Shown here piece by piece: positions 24,989-39,010 of a DNA stretch of 64,000 bases. A program made the position numbers and the translations under genes. The notes under the pieces are model-generated. The model had not been told where the DNA came from and ran no database searches. It worked only from the letters and a program-made list of their open reading frames with translations. The stretch lies in assembly GCF_006345805.1 (NCBI RefSeq), contig NC_043011.1, positions 38,018,464-38,082,463 on the forward strand, read 5' to 3'. The first letter of the stretch is position 1, and each line of letters begins with the position of its first letter. The DNA is from Octopus sinensis (lineage: Eukaryota).

Positions 24989-26499
24989 GGACAATAAAAC
25001 GAATGGTTTACAACTGATAGTTTACTGGTAAAGCACTGTCAGTTTCACAGTGAACGTTATGTATATGGCAAATGAAAGACGGAAGATGGTATATACGAGA
25101 ATTTATTATTAATCTCGACAATTGTTTCAACACATCTAGCATCGATTCCCCATGGGCGGGCCACTCAACAACCGGTTCAGGAGCATCCGGTGATGCAGAT
25201 GTTTCTCGTCGGGGGATAAATAGATACAACTCGTTAAAATAACAGTTCCTCAATGTAATTTCTCGTTTTGTAGAAAGGAAAACAGCCACACGGAGGAAAT
25301 ATCGTTATTTATATAGATCAAACATTAAATCACAAACAGAAAAAAGATTTTCAGTGAAGTTTATTCACTGATCAGCAAAAGTAGAAATATTAAATTTCTA
25401 AATATCTCAGAGATATGAGCGGTGATGGAACGATAGAGCGGTTGTATACTGTCAACTTAACGTGACACTCCCGTAAAGGGAATCACACCTACGCTATTTA
25501 GCCCTAGGAAGCATCGACGCTTCCTGTCGACCTTGACACATTTCCTGTGTCCTTATATTTAAGAAGGGGAGACAAGCACCCCTTAGGAAAAAGATTTTCA
25601 TACAGAAATTCGTTAATGGACATCTTGATTTTTCTCTGTATGAGTATTTATCGTATTTATTGAAATACACTGGTCAATTTTTAGGGGCAATACAGTGGGT
25701 ATACAAATATCTAAATCGTTTTTCAGGGAGAACGTACAAAAACCGTAACAAAAAGATTTTTTCGCACGAGTAATTAACATACACGGACGGCAGTTTGTAG
25801 ACAGAAGTTAGTAATTGTGTGAGTGAGTTAAAGAAAGAGAGGGAGTAAAACAGACACAGACTAAAAGAGAGTAACTATTACAGAGGGTGAGCGAGAATAT
25901 GCGTAAGTAAGATAAACAGAGAATGAAAAAAGAGAGACAAATAAAGAGAGCGAGTAAAAGGAGATAATCGATTGAAAACTACAGACGTTTTTAGAGTAAA
26001 AACCTTGTAAAACACCGTTTTTTCCCGGTTTCTCGCTTTATGCGTAGCTATGGGTAAAATATCATACTACATGACCATACTTGGCACATAAGTATTGTGA
26101 GTGTAATGTTTGTTGAAAACTGTAGAAATACATACGTACTACACACACAGTCACACACACAGACGCACACACATATCCTTTGTTTTATATATATATAGAT
26201 AAATATCCCATAACCTAGCAAATAGAACCAAGTTAGCATTTCATTCGGGTCGAGTAGCCCCACCCCGTCGAAAAAGTCCCTGAACGAGGGTTATTTAAGG
26301 ATGATGAACGAAGTACCCATATTTTCACAGTTAAAATGTTCAAATGCAAAAGAATCCTTCTCGACACATGGCTTTGATGCTTCCCCACTCTTCCTGCTCG
26401 TAAGCAGAGATGCTCGTATCGTCGACTGCTATACAACTGGTTATGGTCAAGCATTTGAGGAGTAAATATTCGGTAGTACGCAGAATATTTACTGTAACC

Positions 26500-26510
26500 C
26501 ATCGTCGTCG

Positions 26511-26582
<72 letters not shown>

Positions 26583-26656
26583 CCGTCATCATTATCATTA
26601 TTATTATTATTATTAATTATTATTATTATTATTATTATATTATTATTATTATTATT

Positions 26657-26687
<31 letters not shown>

Positions 26688-26746
26688 TATTATCATTATT
26701 ATTAATATTATTATTATTATTATTATCATTATTATTATTATTATTA

Positions 26747-26790
<44 letters not shown>
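26500..26790. repeat. Compound (CAT)n-(ATT)n microsatellite
   Basis: Direct inspection. It is the source of the poly-Met and poly-His ORFs. Confidence 0.95.
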
Positions 26791-28369
26791 TAATTAAGTA
26801 AGTAAATAAATTCGTTTGATTCGGATTCATGCAACTTAAAAATCCAGCTTTGCATATGGAGAAATACTGCAAGTTCAAGACAAAAATGCTACAGGAAAAT
26901 CGGCTGCTATTCATCAAAGCACCTCACGTGGTGTTGCCAGAAATGAAATCGGCAGTTCAGCGACATCACATGCATTTGAAAGAATTTATTGGATGGCGTG
27001 GCTGGACAGGAAGCTGGTTTGTACCTTAGTGTCTGGCTTCTGAAGGAAATTAGAAGCTAACAGATTGAAGGCCAGTGTGTGTGTATGTGTGTGTGTGTGT
27101 GCATGAGTGCGTGCATGTCTGTGTGTATGTATGTTTGTGCGTGCGCGTACCTGATGTATGTCTGTTGGCATGCGGTGTTTTATTGGTCGTGTGAGTTTGT
27201 GTGTGTGCGCATGAATATGTGGGAGTTAGAGCCTGCTGTATATGCGTGCGTGCACGAACGTGTTTTGAGTACATGCATGGTTGTGTGTGACAAAGTATGT
27301 ACATTCTTGTATTTGTGTAGAAACGTAAGAGAGCGAGGCCTGTTTGTCCGGAAGAAAACATATCCACGAGTGCATGTGCTCTTGCGTGGCGCATGCATGT
27401 GTGTGTACATACATATTCATGTATTGGGTAATTATGCGTGCGGGCATGCAACAGTACATCTACATGTTTGTGATCGTATATAAAAAAACATGTGTCCGTG
27501 TGAATGTGTGTGTATTGATATGCATTCAAACTCTATAGTTTGACAATAAAAGAAACAGTTACACACTACGCACTCTCTCCAATGTTAACTTCTGTCTGAC
27601 AAGTCGAGTTTCATACTATTTCGATCATCAGGTAAACTATTTTATTTCGAGGCGAGTTTATGCATATGAAATGAAGACAGGTTGCTGTTTTCTGTTTAGC
27701 TGTCGTTTCTGTTGATTAATTAGTAAATGTTATATTAAAATGTCGTGTATATTTCTTGCAGCATTTTCCCACTCGTTACGTATTCTATGTTCAACTGTTG
27801 GTCTCCTGGTAATTTGCAGTTTGTAATTTTCATTATGTTTAATCTCTGTATATTGTCTTGTCGTAGGTTTTGTTTGTTTCTAAATCTTGTCTAATATTTC
27901 TTTGTTTCTAAGTCATGTCTATAATTGCCAAATTATCTTGCAAGTGCTTATTTGTTTATCGTTTATCATTGGCTAATTAATTAGCCGTTGTGTGTTTATT
28001 TCAACAGCTTAGAGACATCAGATTTAAAATCAAAACCTTCGAATTGGACTATGAAAATCGTGGTTGCTCGAGGAGTCTTGTACTCTACCTCTAGGAGCAT
28101 TTTTTGGTTTATTTCATTTCGGTTAAAGACAGTAAGAGAAGCATTAATGTATTATCATGCGATACATACCAGATGATACGATGATACGAGGCCAAGTGTA
28201 CTGTATCGGAAATGTATAGCAGAATAATGATGTTTATCTTACTGTTTAAACTTACATCAGACTGATTCAGCAAATGGATGAGCAATGCCATTGCAGTCGT
28301 GATACCGATTCTTTCAAGGTGTAGCATAACCAGAACATTCACACACGTGTGCACTATCAATAAGGCACG

Positions 28370-28406
<37 letters not shown>

Positions 28407-29380
28407 GTATGTATGTGTATATATATAGACATATGTATACATGCATACATATACATATATATATACATACATATATATATGTATGTATTTGTATATATAT
28501 ATATATATATACATATATACATATTTATATGAATATATGTATACGTATGTATGTGTGTATATATACGTATATATATACATTTCGATAAACACACACACAC
28601 ATACACACATATATGAAATGTTTAGTATTAAAAATCCATCTCAGTGGTGTTATCAATCTTTTTCGCGTAAATAACACAATGGAGTGTTAGATAACAAACC
28701 GATTATATAACTTTCAACTCATCAGAGTTAGCCGACATGGAAGGGAATATGGTGACTGCTCTCTTTTATCGGAGGTGAACTAGCAGAACCCTTCAGGGGA
28801 TTAGGTTTGGAGTTATGTCTCTTGATTAGATATGCTGTGAATCCGGCAAAATTATCTTGAAGTGGGCAAAGTGTGTATTATTGATGTGAGCGGGGTCTAT
28901 GTATGTGTGGAACTATAATTTGTGTAAAGGGGTATGTTTTTGGGGTGGTGAGAGTCTATTTTGTGGGGTGCCCGCCTTATAGAGTTGTGTGTGCGTGTAC
29001 AAGGTGTGTGCTTCATCAAACACTTTGCCGGGCCCGAGGGCGTTAGTGGAAGGTCGTTGGTAGAAGGTCGAAGCTGGCGACTTCTGCTTGCAATCATGGT
29101 AAGACGCGCAGATGTACGATAGGATGTACTTTCTTTCATATCAGTAAGGATTAAACACTTCATTCATGCTATTCCGGTAAATATCTTTTGAAGATATTGA
29201 ATACGAGATCACATATGCTTGTAACTGCATTTCGTATACCTAATAGATAGTAATACATATGATAGGAATATGCAGCACAGTAAACAAGGTATAAATCAGT
29301 AGATGTTACTGTAGTTCCAATAGAGTTCTAGCTTCCTTGTATGTATCTGTCTGCAATGTTTATCTTATAATACCGTACTT

Positions 29381-29706
29381 TGTGAGGGCGCGTGGCTTAG
29401 TGGTTAGGGCATTCGGCTCATGATCGTAAGGTTGTGAGTTCGATTCCCGGCGACGCGTTGTGTCCTTGAGCAAGACACTTTATTTCACGTTGCTCCAGTC
29501 CACTCAGCTGGCAAAAATGAGTTGTACTTGTATTTCAAAGGGTCAGCCTTGTCACTCTCTGTGTCACGCTGATTATCCCCGAGAACTACGTTAAGGGTAC
29601 ACGTGTCTGTGGAATGCTCAGCCATTTGCACGTTAATTTCACGAGCTAGCTGTTCCGTTGATCGTATCAGCTGGGACCCTCGTCGTCGTAACCGGCGGAG
29701 TCTTTG
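29381..29706 (+). mobile_element. Full-length tRNA-derived SINE with 12-bp TSD
   Basis: A box TGGCTTAGTGG and B box GAGTTCGATTCCC. TSD AATACCGTACTT at 29369-29380 and 29707-29718. Confidence 0.92.
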
Positions 29707-29899
29707 AATACCGTACTTAGGATTATAGATTTGCGATATTATTTAGTTGGTTTGTTAAGTATTTAAAAGTTATCGGATTTAAATTATTCTACTAAACGTA
29801 TACTTACTGCTGCAATGCTTCACACATTTGTTTTTAAACAACAGATAGGTTCTTGAATCAAGGAGTTATCAGCTGAAAAGAGATCCTCTGTTTGATAGA

Positions 29900-30130
29900 A
29901 AACCTGCTAGATATAGTGGCAGTCAAATAATAATCGAAGATCTAGACACTTGCGAATACACAGGCATATTTGTACATAAAAGCTGCCACGGAGTACTGCA
30001 TTAGATGGAAGATCCTAGGAGAAAATTAAAACCGTACTTAAACAGCAGCAGGAAGTACAGTTTATGCTTGGATGAGAAGAAAACAATTTTAAAGGGTCTT
30101 GGCATCCTCATGAGAAGCGCAAAATTTGGG
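29900..30130 (+). mobile_element. Degenerate Penelope-like GIY-YIG C-terminal fragment
   Basis: Translation YCIRWKILG..KPYLNSSRKYSLCLDEKKTILK resembles the PLE motif WKIL...PY....C.LCL.EK..I. Confidence 0.55.
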
Positions 30131-30209
30131 ACTACTTCTTGGTGTGTGTCAATTTCCTATAGTTGAAATTTCGTCAACATCGGATATTCATGAATTTTCA
30201 TGGGGGGTT

Positions 30210-30451
30210 CTTCTCCTTTTAAGCCATCTAAAATTCAAACCAAACATACTGCATTATACCCGCCCTTCCGCATTGAACCTAAGTTCAAAATATAATAAGG
30301 ATCCATTCAGTAATTTTGGTCCATGACGTTGTATGAAACATTCCCTTTCTCCCTGCGGTTAGATTTTGGGTTCCAAAATTCATTAGGATCGGTGCTGTAG
30401 TTTTCGAGTCTATAAGTAACTCAGGAACGCAAATACATTGAGTTTTATATA

Positions 30452-30455
<4 letters not shown>
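30210..30455 (-). mobile_element. Helitron-like 5' fragment (similar fragments at 12540-12670 on + and 32140-32315 on -)
   Basis: TATATAAAACTCAATGT..GAAAACTACAGCACCGATCCTAATGAATTTTGG resembles the 5' module of the Helitrons at 635 and 20776. Confidence 0.5.
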
Positions 30456-30504
<49 letters not shown>

Positions 30505-30505
30505 A

Positions 30506-30585
<80 letters not shown>

Positions 30586-30706
30586 GTATATATATGTATG
30601 TATGTATATATTATATGTGTGTGTGTGTGTGTATACATATATGTACATACACATATACATATGTATGTGTGTGTGGTTGTATGTGTGTGCTTGTGTGTGT
30701 ATGTAT

Positions 30707-30744
<38 letters not shown>

Positions 30745-30799
30745 ACAGGCGCAGAAAGATAGATTGATAAATACAATTGAGTAGGCAAACAAAAGTAAC

Positions 30800-30992
30800 A
30801 GGCACTGCCTTGAAGAATTTTTTGTCGAATGAATCAATCCCAATACCTTTTTATATTTTGATAAACCTGGTAATTATTCTATCTGTCTCTTGTCAAACCA
30901 GTAAGTTATGGAGATGTAAATAAAATAAAACACCGGTTGTCAGGCAGTAATGACGGAGAAACACAGACACAAAGTCACACACATAAACTTAC

Positions 30993-31064
<72 letters not shown>

Positions 31065-31200
31065 GATGAATGTCTTTCAGTTTCAGTCTACGAAATCCAC
31101 TCAGTCTAAAGCCGAAGACATGCTAAGTTACCTATCAGTGGGACTCAACCGAGGACCATGTGATTTAGAAACAGGTTTCTAACCACGCAGCCAAACATGC
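30800..31200 (-). mobile_element. Degenerate SINE (family of 49278-49666)
   Basis: Head and tail motifs lie on either side of a (TA)n spacer. Confidence 0.65.
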
Positions 31201-31275
31201 TGGTACATGGTCCTCAGTTCAGTCCCACTGCATGCTATCTTGCCATGTGTCATCTGATATAGCCTGCACCTATAT

Positions 31276-31317
<42 letters not shown>

Positions 31318-31512
31318 CACATCTATTTTCATTCCTCCACTTCACTCTCCATTTCGTATCTTATCTAAATTAACTATTATTTAACCATCCTCTCACACCA
31401 TCACCGATGAAGTGATATAATAAATATCCTCAAAACAGCTGTAAGACCTTTTATCTATAATTGTTCTAAAATCCATACAGCCTTGGATTTTTATCGCAGT
31501 GTGAAAAAAGTG
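31318..31512 (+). mobile_element. PLE-type repeat with degenerate hammerhead (family of 47800-48005)
   Basis: Aligns with 47800-48005. Contains CCGATGA-agtgatataataaatatcctc-AAAA-CAGCTG-TA-agac. Confidence 0.6.
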
Positions 31513-31573
31513 ATATATACATGTGTGTGTGCGTGTGTATGTGTGTATGCATGTATGCATGTATATGTATATA

Positions 31574-31614
<41 letters not shown>

Positions 31615-31678
31615 GTATGCATGCATATATGTGCATATATATGCGTACATATTACACATACATCCATATATATGTATA

Positions 31679-31725
<47 letters not shown>

Positions 31726-31775
31726 ACGTATATGAATGTATGTATATAATAGTTTCAGTATTAATAGTGAGACGT

Positions 31776-32022
31776 GGAGGCGCATGGCTTAGTAATTAGG
31801 GTGTCAGCATCATGATCGTAAGATTGTGGTTTTGATTCCTGGACTGGGCGACGCGTTGTCTTCTTGAGCAAAACTCTTCATTTTACGTTGCCCCAGTCCG
31901 CTCAGCTGGCAAAAATGAGTAACATTGCAATGGACTGGCGTCCCGTCCAGCTGGGTAGCAGATACGCGATAAAGACAAGGAAACCGGGCCTATGAGCCTG
32001 GCTAGGCTTTAAAAGGGTGCAT
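31776..32022 (+). mobile_element. tRNA-derived SINE with an alternative tail
   Basis: Head and core as in 29381-29520. Tail ..GGACTGGCGTCCCGTCCAG..GAAACCGGGCCTATGAGCC. Confidence 0.82.
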
Positions 32023-32364
32023 TTATATTATTAGTTATTAAGAGTGAGACTATTACACTGAAAGTATCTCAATTTACAATAGGCAGATGTAATTGTTTCA
32101 CTTTTGACACGCAATACTGAAATTGTGTAAGAGATAAGAGATTGCACCGGGCCCGCATGAGTCAAGAATTTGAAACTTTGCTTCGTCCATGACACTGTAT
32201 GGAGCATAAGAAAGGCATGTGCAAAATTTGAATGAAATCGGTTGTGTAGTTCTCGAGGCTTAGGTACTCACACAGACAGACACAGTCAGACTCACCCTCA
32301 TTCTCATCTATATATATATACATATATATTTATATATATATATATATATATATATGAATGTTTG

Positions 32365-32404
<40 letters not shown>

Positions 32405-32709
32405 TTACATGGAAGATAAATAATATTCTTAAGGAAAAGTTATTACACTTGGAAAAGTTCAGGACAAATTATTGCTTCTAGTAAAGTACTAAAAAAAGAA
32501 AATTCTTATTTAAAATTTTGCAGCTAAGGATTAAATTTCAAATAAAATTTTTAGATTTAGAATATATTAACTTTTATTAAAACTGATAATTTTATTATAA
32601 CTTATTACTTCTATTTTTATTATTTGTTACCTTTATTAATAAATTTTTTAAAACGTCTTAAATATAATATATATATATATGTGTGTGTGTGTATGTGTAT
32701 GTATGTTTG

Positions 32710-32915
32710 CGTGTCTGTGTTTGGTCCCCCAACATCGCTTGTCAACCGATGCTGATGTGTTTTCGTCCCTTTAATATAGCGGTTCAGCAATAAAAGCCGA
32801 TAGAATAAGTACTAGGCTTACAAAGAATAAGTCCTGGGGTCAATTTGCTCGACTAAACGCGGTGCTCCAGCATGGATACTGTCAAAAGACTGAAAGAAGT
32901 AAAAGAGTAAAAGAG
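32710..32915 (+). mobile_element. SINE tail (family of 49278-49666)
   Basis: Matches 49480-49666. Confidence 0.8.
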
Positions 32916-32954
32916 TACATACATATGTACATACACACATATAAACACACGTAC

Positions 32955-32992
<38 letters not shown>

Positions 32993-33041
32993 ATGTGAGT
33001 GTGTGTCTATGTGTGTTTGTGAGTGTGTGTGTGTGTACGTG

Positions 33042-33340
33042 TGAAGGCGCATGATTCAGTGGTTAGAGCGTCGAGCTTACGATCGCAAGGATAGGGGTTC
33101 GAATCCCGCACCGGACTGCGAGTTGTGTTCTTGTGCAAGACACTTTATTTCACGTTGCGACATCACAGGTGCCAAGCTGTATCCGCCTTTGCCTTTCCCT
33201 TGGATAACACTGGTGGCGTGGAGGGGGAGGCCGGTATGCATGGGCGACTGGTGGTCTTCACTAAACAACCTTGCCCGGACTTGTGCCTGGGATGTTAACT
33301 TTCTAGGTGCAATCCCATGGTCAGTCATGACCGAAGGGTG
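33042..33340 (+). mobile_element. tRNA-derived SINE
   Basis: GGCGCATGATTCAGTGGTTAGAGCG and GGTTCGAATCCC. Tail matches 13856-14040. Confidence 0.88.
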
Positions 33341-33347
33341 CCTCAGC

Positions 33348-33410
<63 letters not shown>

Positions 33411-34117
33411 CGTGTGCGTGCGTGTGCGTGTGCGCGTGTGTGTGTGCGGATGGAGGGATGGATGGATGGACGAAAAAGAATATAGAAGGATTTCTAGACC
33501 GCTGACTTTAACGATGAAGGTAGAAATAATTTTGGGAAATTGAAAAAAATGGCTATTGAGTTAAAAGACAAACATATTGGATTCTTAGTATGTGAATCAA
33601 CTTCGTATCACAAGTCTTCTTAAATAGATTCTGTAAGCAGCATAATATTTGGTAAATGATATTGAAAAGTCTTTGTTGCAAGCTCAGGTTCAAGATTTCA
33701 ATGCCCTTTTATTCTTTGTTGCCAAAGCATGTGTGAGTTCTTCATAGATAAACGTCCTCAAAAATATTGATGTAGGATGTCTTTTAGTAGGGTTTCTTTC
33801 AGTCACGTGGCTGTCCCTATGTTGTGTCACCGCCTTGAACATTAATTAGACCCTGTACTTCTTGTTTATAAGATTGATTTTTGGGTCCAGCAACTAAGTT
33901 ATGGGAACGTTAAGTGGATCCTTATATATGGTAAGTGGAGAAATAATATATCTTGAAATTGGAATTATGTTGAATAAACATGAAATTCCTTCAAGAATTT
34001 ACTGCCGCCTGGAAATGATCCAAAACCGAAGCGATGAATTATTCAAAAGTATAACATAAACTGTTTGTAAGCCTTATTTATTATCAGGGCAAATTCTGAA
34101 ATAATGCTGTTAAGCAG

Positions 34118-34173
34118 AATAGCAATTATTTCCCGATTAAAAATCGATATATATGTGTGTATATATATATATA

Positions 34174-34210
<37 letters not shown>

Positions 34211-34222
34211 TATATATCGATA

Positions 34223-34266
<44 letters not shown>

Positions 34267-34302
34267 TATATATCGATTTTTAATCGGGAAATAATTGCTA
34301 TT
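34118..34302. repeat. 39-bp inverted repeat around a (TA)n tract
   Basis: AATAGCAATTATTTCCCGATTAAAAATCGATATATATGT (34118-34156) is reverse-complemented at 34264-34302. Confidence 0.9.
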
Positions 34303-35722
34303 ATTATATATACATATATATATATAATATTGGTGAGTATAACTCCAAACTTACAGGGAAAAATTCAATTTAGTATTAAATCGAATTTCACAATATAAAT
34401 ATATAAAATATAAATTAGAGATAAAACCACTATTATGCAACTCAAACAGTGAGAGACATAAAGCAAAACATAAAAAAAAATAATGTATATTTTTATAAAA
34501 CATATAACTAGATCTCAAAAGTATAAAAATGATTTTATATATATATATATATATCAAAGATGAAATCCTTGTGTCAAATGATGCAAGTGCGACCGATGTT
34601 TTTTATTTATTTATTCACATTAAAAGTTTGCCAAATTTTAAATCAACATGAATATATAGAGGATGTAATCCCTGAGTTGAACAAAACGACATTTCTTCAG
34701 TGTAGTCACAGGTCGAGTTAAAAATACTAGCCAGTGTTCCATCAACGTGTCGTCTTACAAAAGGAAGTTCGCATTGAATAAAGTAGACCAGAATACAATA
34801 TGTCGAGAAGACATAATCGGATTGTTTCCAATCAGCTTGAAAGTCTTTGTTCATAGGTCTGCGTCTTCTGAGTCGGCCTGGAGCTGAACAACAACACCAA
34901 CAACTACAAGAACAATCTGAAGAGAAAAAAAAGCAGCTGTTACATAATACGACGAAAGCTCAATACATGCATCTGGTTGATGAAATGTCAGAGACATATT
35001 CTGAGATAACGGCTTGTGGACAATGAGTGATTCACATTGTCTACAATATGCAGGATATTGCTTTTATCGATGGCCGTACGATTTATAAATGTTAGCCATA
35101 TTGATTTTCTTCAAAAGGTCAGCAAGAGTCTTAATAACAACTAACCTCTGATAAATTCCGTGACAGCTGCAGTAATAGATTCCAACAACGACATTAGTAT
35201 TACTGTGACTCCTAATTTTAAAATATGTTATAATTGCAGATGTACAAAATTGCAGAGACAGTAGTATTAATATCAGACTAGAAGGTGAAGGTCGATAAGC
35301 AGTCTACGGTTTTTGAGCAATTATGACACAGAAACAATATAAACTCATATGTTCTATATAAAACGTAATTACTAAAGAAATATAATTAAATTTTGATTAA
35401 TTCTTTTTTTTTTTCTGTTTTAATAACTATTATTTGCATTCAGGGCAAAACTAAAAATTTTCGAAGAAATAAAAAAAAACCCCGATCGATTGCACTTGTA
35501 TCAATCGATTTTCTTTGATTCTTACAAATTGAATGTAATTATACTACTGTTGCACTCATCGAGTAAGTGAACCAAACGAAATTTAAAACAAAATAAAAAA
35601 CAAGAAAGAGCAAGTAGACATACGTACACAGTATTTTATTATAAAGCTCGAAGTGTTATTTGACCAAATATAAAGAAATATAACGAAAACAAAAGGAATA
35701 TTCTCCCTCTCTCTCTCCATAC

Positions 35723-35759
<37 letters not shown>

Positions 35760-35814
35760 TAAATGGGGTTTAGATGATCGACAGAATACCGTACAGTATA
35801 TTGCATAATCTCTC

Positions 35815-36028
35815 TTTTTCTCTCTTTTACTTGTTTCAGTCATTTGACTGCGGCCATGCTGTAGCACCTTTTTATTCAAGCAAATCGAGCCCAGGACTTA
35901 TTCTTTGGAAGCCTCGTAATTGTTCTATCGGTCTGTTTTGCCGAACCGCCAAGTTACGGGGGTAAACAAACACACACTATATGTTGTCAAGCGATGTTGG
36001 GGGGTTCAAACACTGACACACAAGCATG

Positions 36029-36078
<50 letters not shown>

Positions 36079-36259
36079 AATATATACATATATACGACGG
36101 GATTCTTTCAGTTTCCGCCTACCAAATCCAGTTACAAGTCTTTAGTCGGCTCGAGGCTATAGTAGAAGACACTTGCCCAAGGTGCCACGCGCAGGGGGAA
36201 TGAACCCGGAACCATGTGGTTGGGAAGCAAGCTACTTACCACACAGCCATTCCTGCGCC
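35815..36259 (-). mobile_element. Full-length SINE with internal microsatellite
   Basis: Reverse complement of the 49278-49666 family. Confidence 0.88.
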
Positions 36260-38021
36260 TAATAAGCTCTATGACGAAGTCTCCTCTAAATACTCCGAGA
36301 AGTCTGTGAGCTCTGGATAGTGTAGAGCAAACAAACGAGACTACAGAACCAATTCCACATTTATTGTTTTGTTGTATATTCGCGAGCGGGACAAAATCCC
36401 TGATTCTGAAGATCTCCAACGAGCCGAACGTTCCTAGCCTATGCAACCATTTCAAAAACAAAAACGGGATGGTCACGGACGCAAATCACTGCGGAGCATC
36501 TAAAAAATCAGCGCCTATATTGAGAACTCTCCCAGGGAAAACGCACAATTTTCGAGAGGATGTAGTGATTCAAAGACCTCATGAATATATATATGTAATA
36601 CATCTTAGTTATGGCTGCATTTGGGAGCTGCTTATGAAAATCCTCCTCAAAGGGCTGTTTGTTTTATACAAGGTATAGAAGCCGCTGAAAGTAAAACAGT
36701 TGCTGCTACTGTTATTGAGAAGAGCCATTGAGGCAAACCTAGAACTACCATTTCTTTAAGTGTTGATTCTTCCTATTGGAGCCTTACAGGGAAGACAGGG
36801 TTCCGAGGCGGCTGTTTAGCTCTTATAAGTTATCTCTGAATAGACCAATCGATAGTGAGAGCAATTTGTTAGACAAAAGCAATATGTTGTGATTTAAGTG
36901 AGATTTAGCTTCCATTTCTTACAAATCGAGTGAAATAAAACAGCTGGCTTTTGTGAGTGTTGTTATGTATATATATATACATAGGTCTCCGTACATCTAA
37001 GCTAACGCCAGCAGATAAGAAAGCACCGTGACATGGAGGAAATTACATAAACTCGGAAAAGGAAACAAACACGAGATAAAGGCCTTAATAAACATCTTAA
37101 TACTTATAAAATGCCTAATTTTAGTTTAACATTTATCAGTAATTTTATTTTGTGAAAACCGAATTAATTAGATGTTCACAATATATTTTACTCCACTTTC
37201 GTATATAGTCATACAATTAGCAAATGATCGAGTGTTTATCAAGAGTAAAAAGGCAAACCCACTTTCTGAGAAGTTGTCAATAAAAAGAAGTACGAAGTGC
37301 TTGGAAACCTGAAGAATGAGAATAGCAAGAGAGCTTCCATATTGCTTCAGGGTTAGTTAGGAAAACCAGCCAATCCTCTATTTAAAAATCTTCCATCCAA
37401 ACGGATGTGCACATCGGATAATGTACTACACGCTATATTATACCCGAATAAAATTATAGCTGTAATTTTATCTTAGTAAAAATCTCTCCCTCTTTCTTTC
37501 TCCCTCTCTCTGTCCCTCCCTCACTCTGCCCCATTCTCTCTGTCCCCCTCTATCTTTCCTGTCCCACTCTCTCTCTCTGGTTCTCTTTCCACTTCTATTC
37601 TCCTCCCTATTCAGACCCTGTAGCGCTTGAACAAAGTAAATCTAACTAAAATTCACTCTTCATAACATTAATATCAAATGACCGTTTATAGTGCATATGT
37701 ACTGGAATCAGGCCGTTCTAGCCTGCACTAATTTCTATAAATACTCTTCAGCTGAGAACCTGGATTGCTAAATTCCTTCATAGGTCACCAGGGTTGTTCG
37801 CATATGATCAGTTCGAAATAGCTAAATCTATAGCATAACCGATTTCAAATTGTCCATTGCAGATAAAATTCTAATTTAAGACTATATACAAATGTTTCTT
37901 TATGCAAACGTTCCTTGACGCAATTTACATAAGCTAAGTTAGCTCAGAGTTAAATTGAATATGCTATAATTATTACAACTAAATTCGTCAGTGTTAGAAG
38001 AAAAGTATGCTTTGTTTAAAA

Positions 38022-38614
38022 GGCGGCGAGCTGGCAGAAACGTTAGCGCGCCGGGCGAAATGCTTAGCGGTATTTCGTCTGCCGTTACGTTCTGAGTTCA
38101 AATTCCGCCGAGGTCGGCTTTGCCTTTCATCCTTTCGGGGTCGATTAAATAAGTACCAGTTACGCACTAGGGCCGATATAATCGACTTAATCCGTTTGTT
38201 TGTCCTCTCTGTGTTTATCCCCTTGTGGATAGTAAAGAAATAGGTATTTCGTCTGCCGTTATGTTCTGAGTTCAAATTCTGCCGAGGTCGACTTTGCCTT
38301 TCATCCTTTCGGAGTCGATTGAATCAGTACCAGTTACGCACTCTAGGGTTGATATAATCGACTTAATCCGCTTGTCTGTCCTTGTTTGTCCTCTCTGTGT
38401 TTAGCCCCTTGTGGATAATAAAGGAATAGGCATTTCTTCTGCCGCTACGTTCTGAGTTCAATTTCCGCCGAGGTTTGTCTTTGTCTTTCACCCTTTCGGG
38501 ATCGATAAATTAAGTACCAGTTACTCACTGGGGGGGGGGGTAATCGACTTCATCCCTTTGTCTGTCCTTGTTTGTCCCCTCTATGTTTAGCCCCTTGTGG
38601 GTAATAAAGAAAAT
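38022..38614 (+). mobile_element. Trimeric SINE with 18-bp TSD
   Basis: One head GGCGGCGAGCTGGCAGAA followed by three body units of about 185 bp. TSD AAGTATGCTTTGTTTAAA at 38003-38020 and 38615-38632. Confidence 0.92.
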
Positions 38615-38976
38615 AAGTATGCTTTGTTTAAACGATGTCTTAGAAACTATAAGCTCTGGAGATAGACCCTAGATTTTTCTACTTCGTTTTGAAAAATTAG
38701 CAAAAAAAGATGTTGAAAGTACTTGGGTAACGATTTTGATCCGGTTTTACAGCGATGCTAAAATTTTATAACTATAAAAATCGATATCTCATATTTCAAT
38801 CAAAAATAAGAACAAAAGAATTATAGGAAAGAAACCGTTTCTCCCAAAAGACTGAGTAGTTCGCTATTACTTAATGTACGTACCTACTCACAAACTAGAC
38901 ATATCGAAATTTATATATTTATGAACGTATCTGTCTTTGCATATATATATATATTATATATATATATATATAATAT

Positions 38977-39010
<34 letters not shown>

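Noticed and set aside
26233-26616. Poly-Met and poly-His ORFs (also poly-Asp/Asn/Ser at 56673-56950)
   Set aside because: Trinucleotide microsatellite artefacts.
26829-27070. Coding-looking stretch after the (ATT)n tract
   Set aside because: Short open frames with no family I can recognise.
27590-27640. Minus-strand CTGATGA..GAAA motif (also at 28705-28730)
   Set aside because: The helices are not convincingly formed and the motifs are too degenerate to call.
29385-29450. tRNA gene
   Set aside because: A and B boxes are present but there is no full cloverleaf. It continues into a SINE body with TSDs.
36364-36678. 104-aa ORF
   Set aside because: No homology recognised, a non-ATG start and no exon signals.
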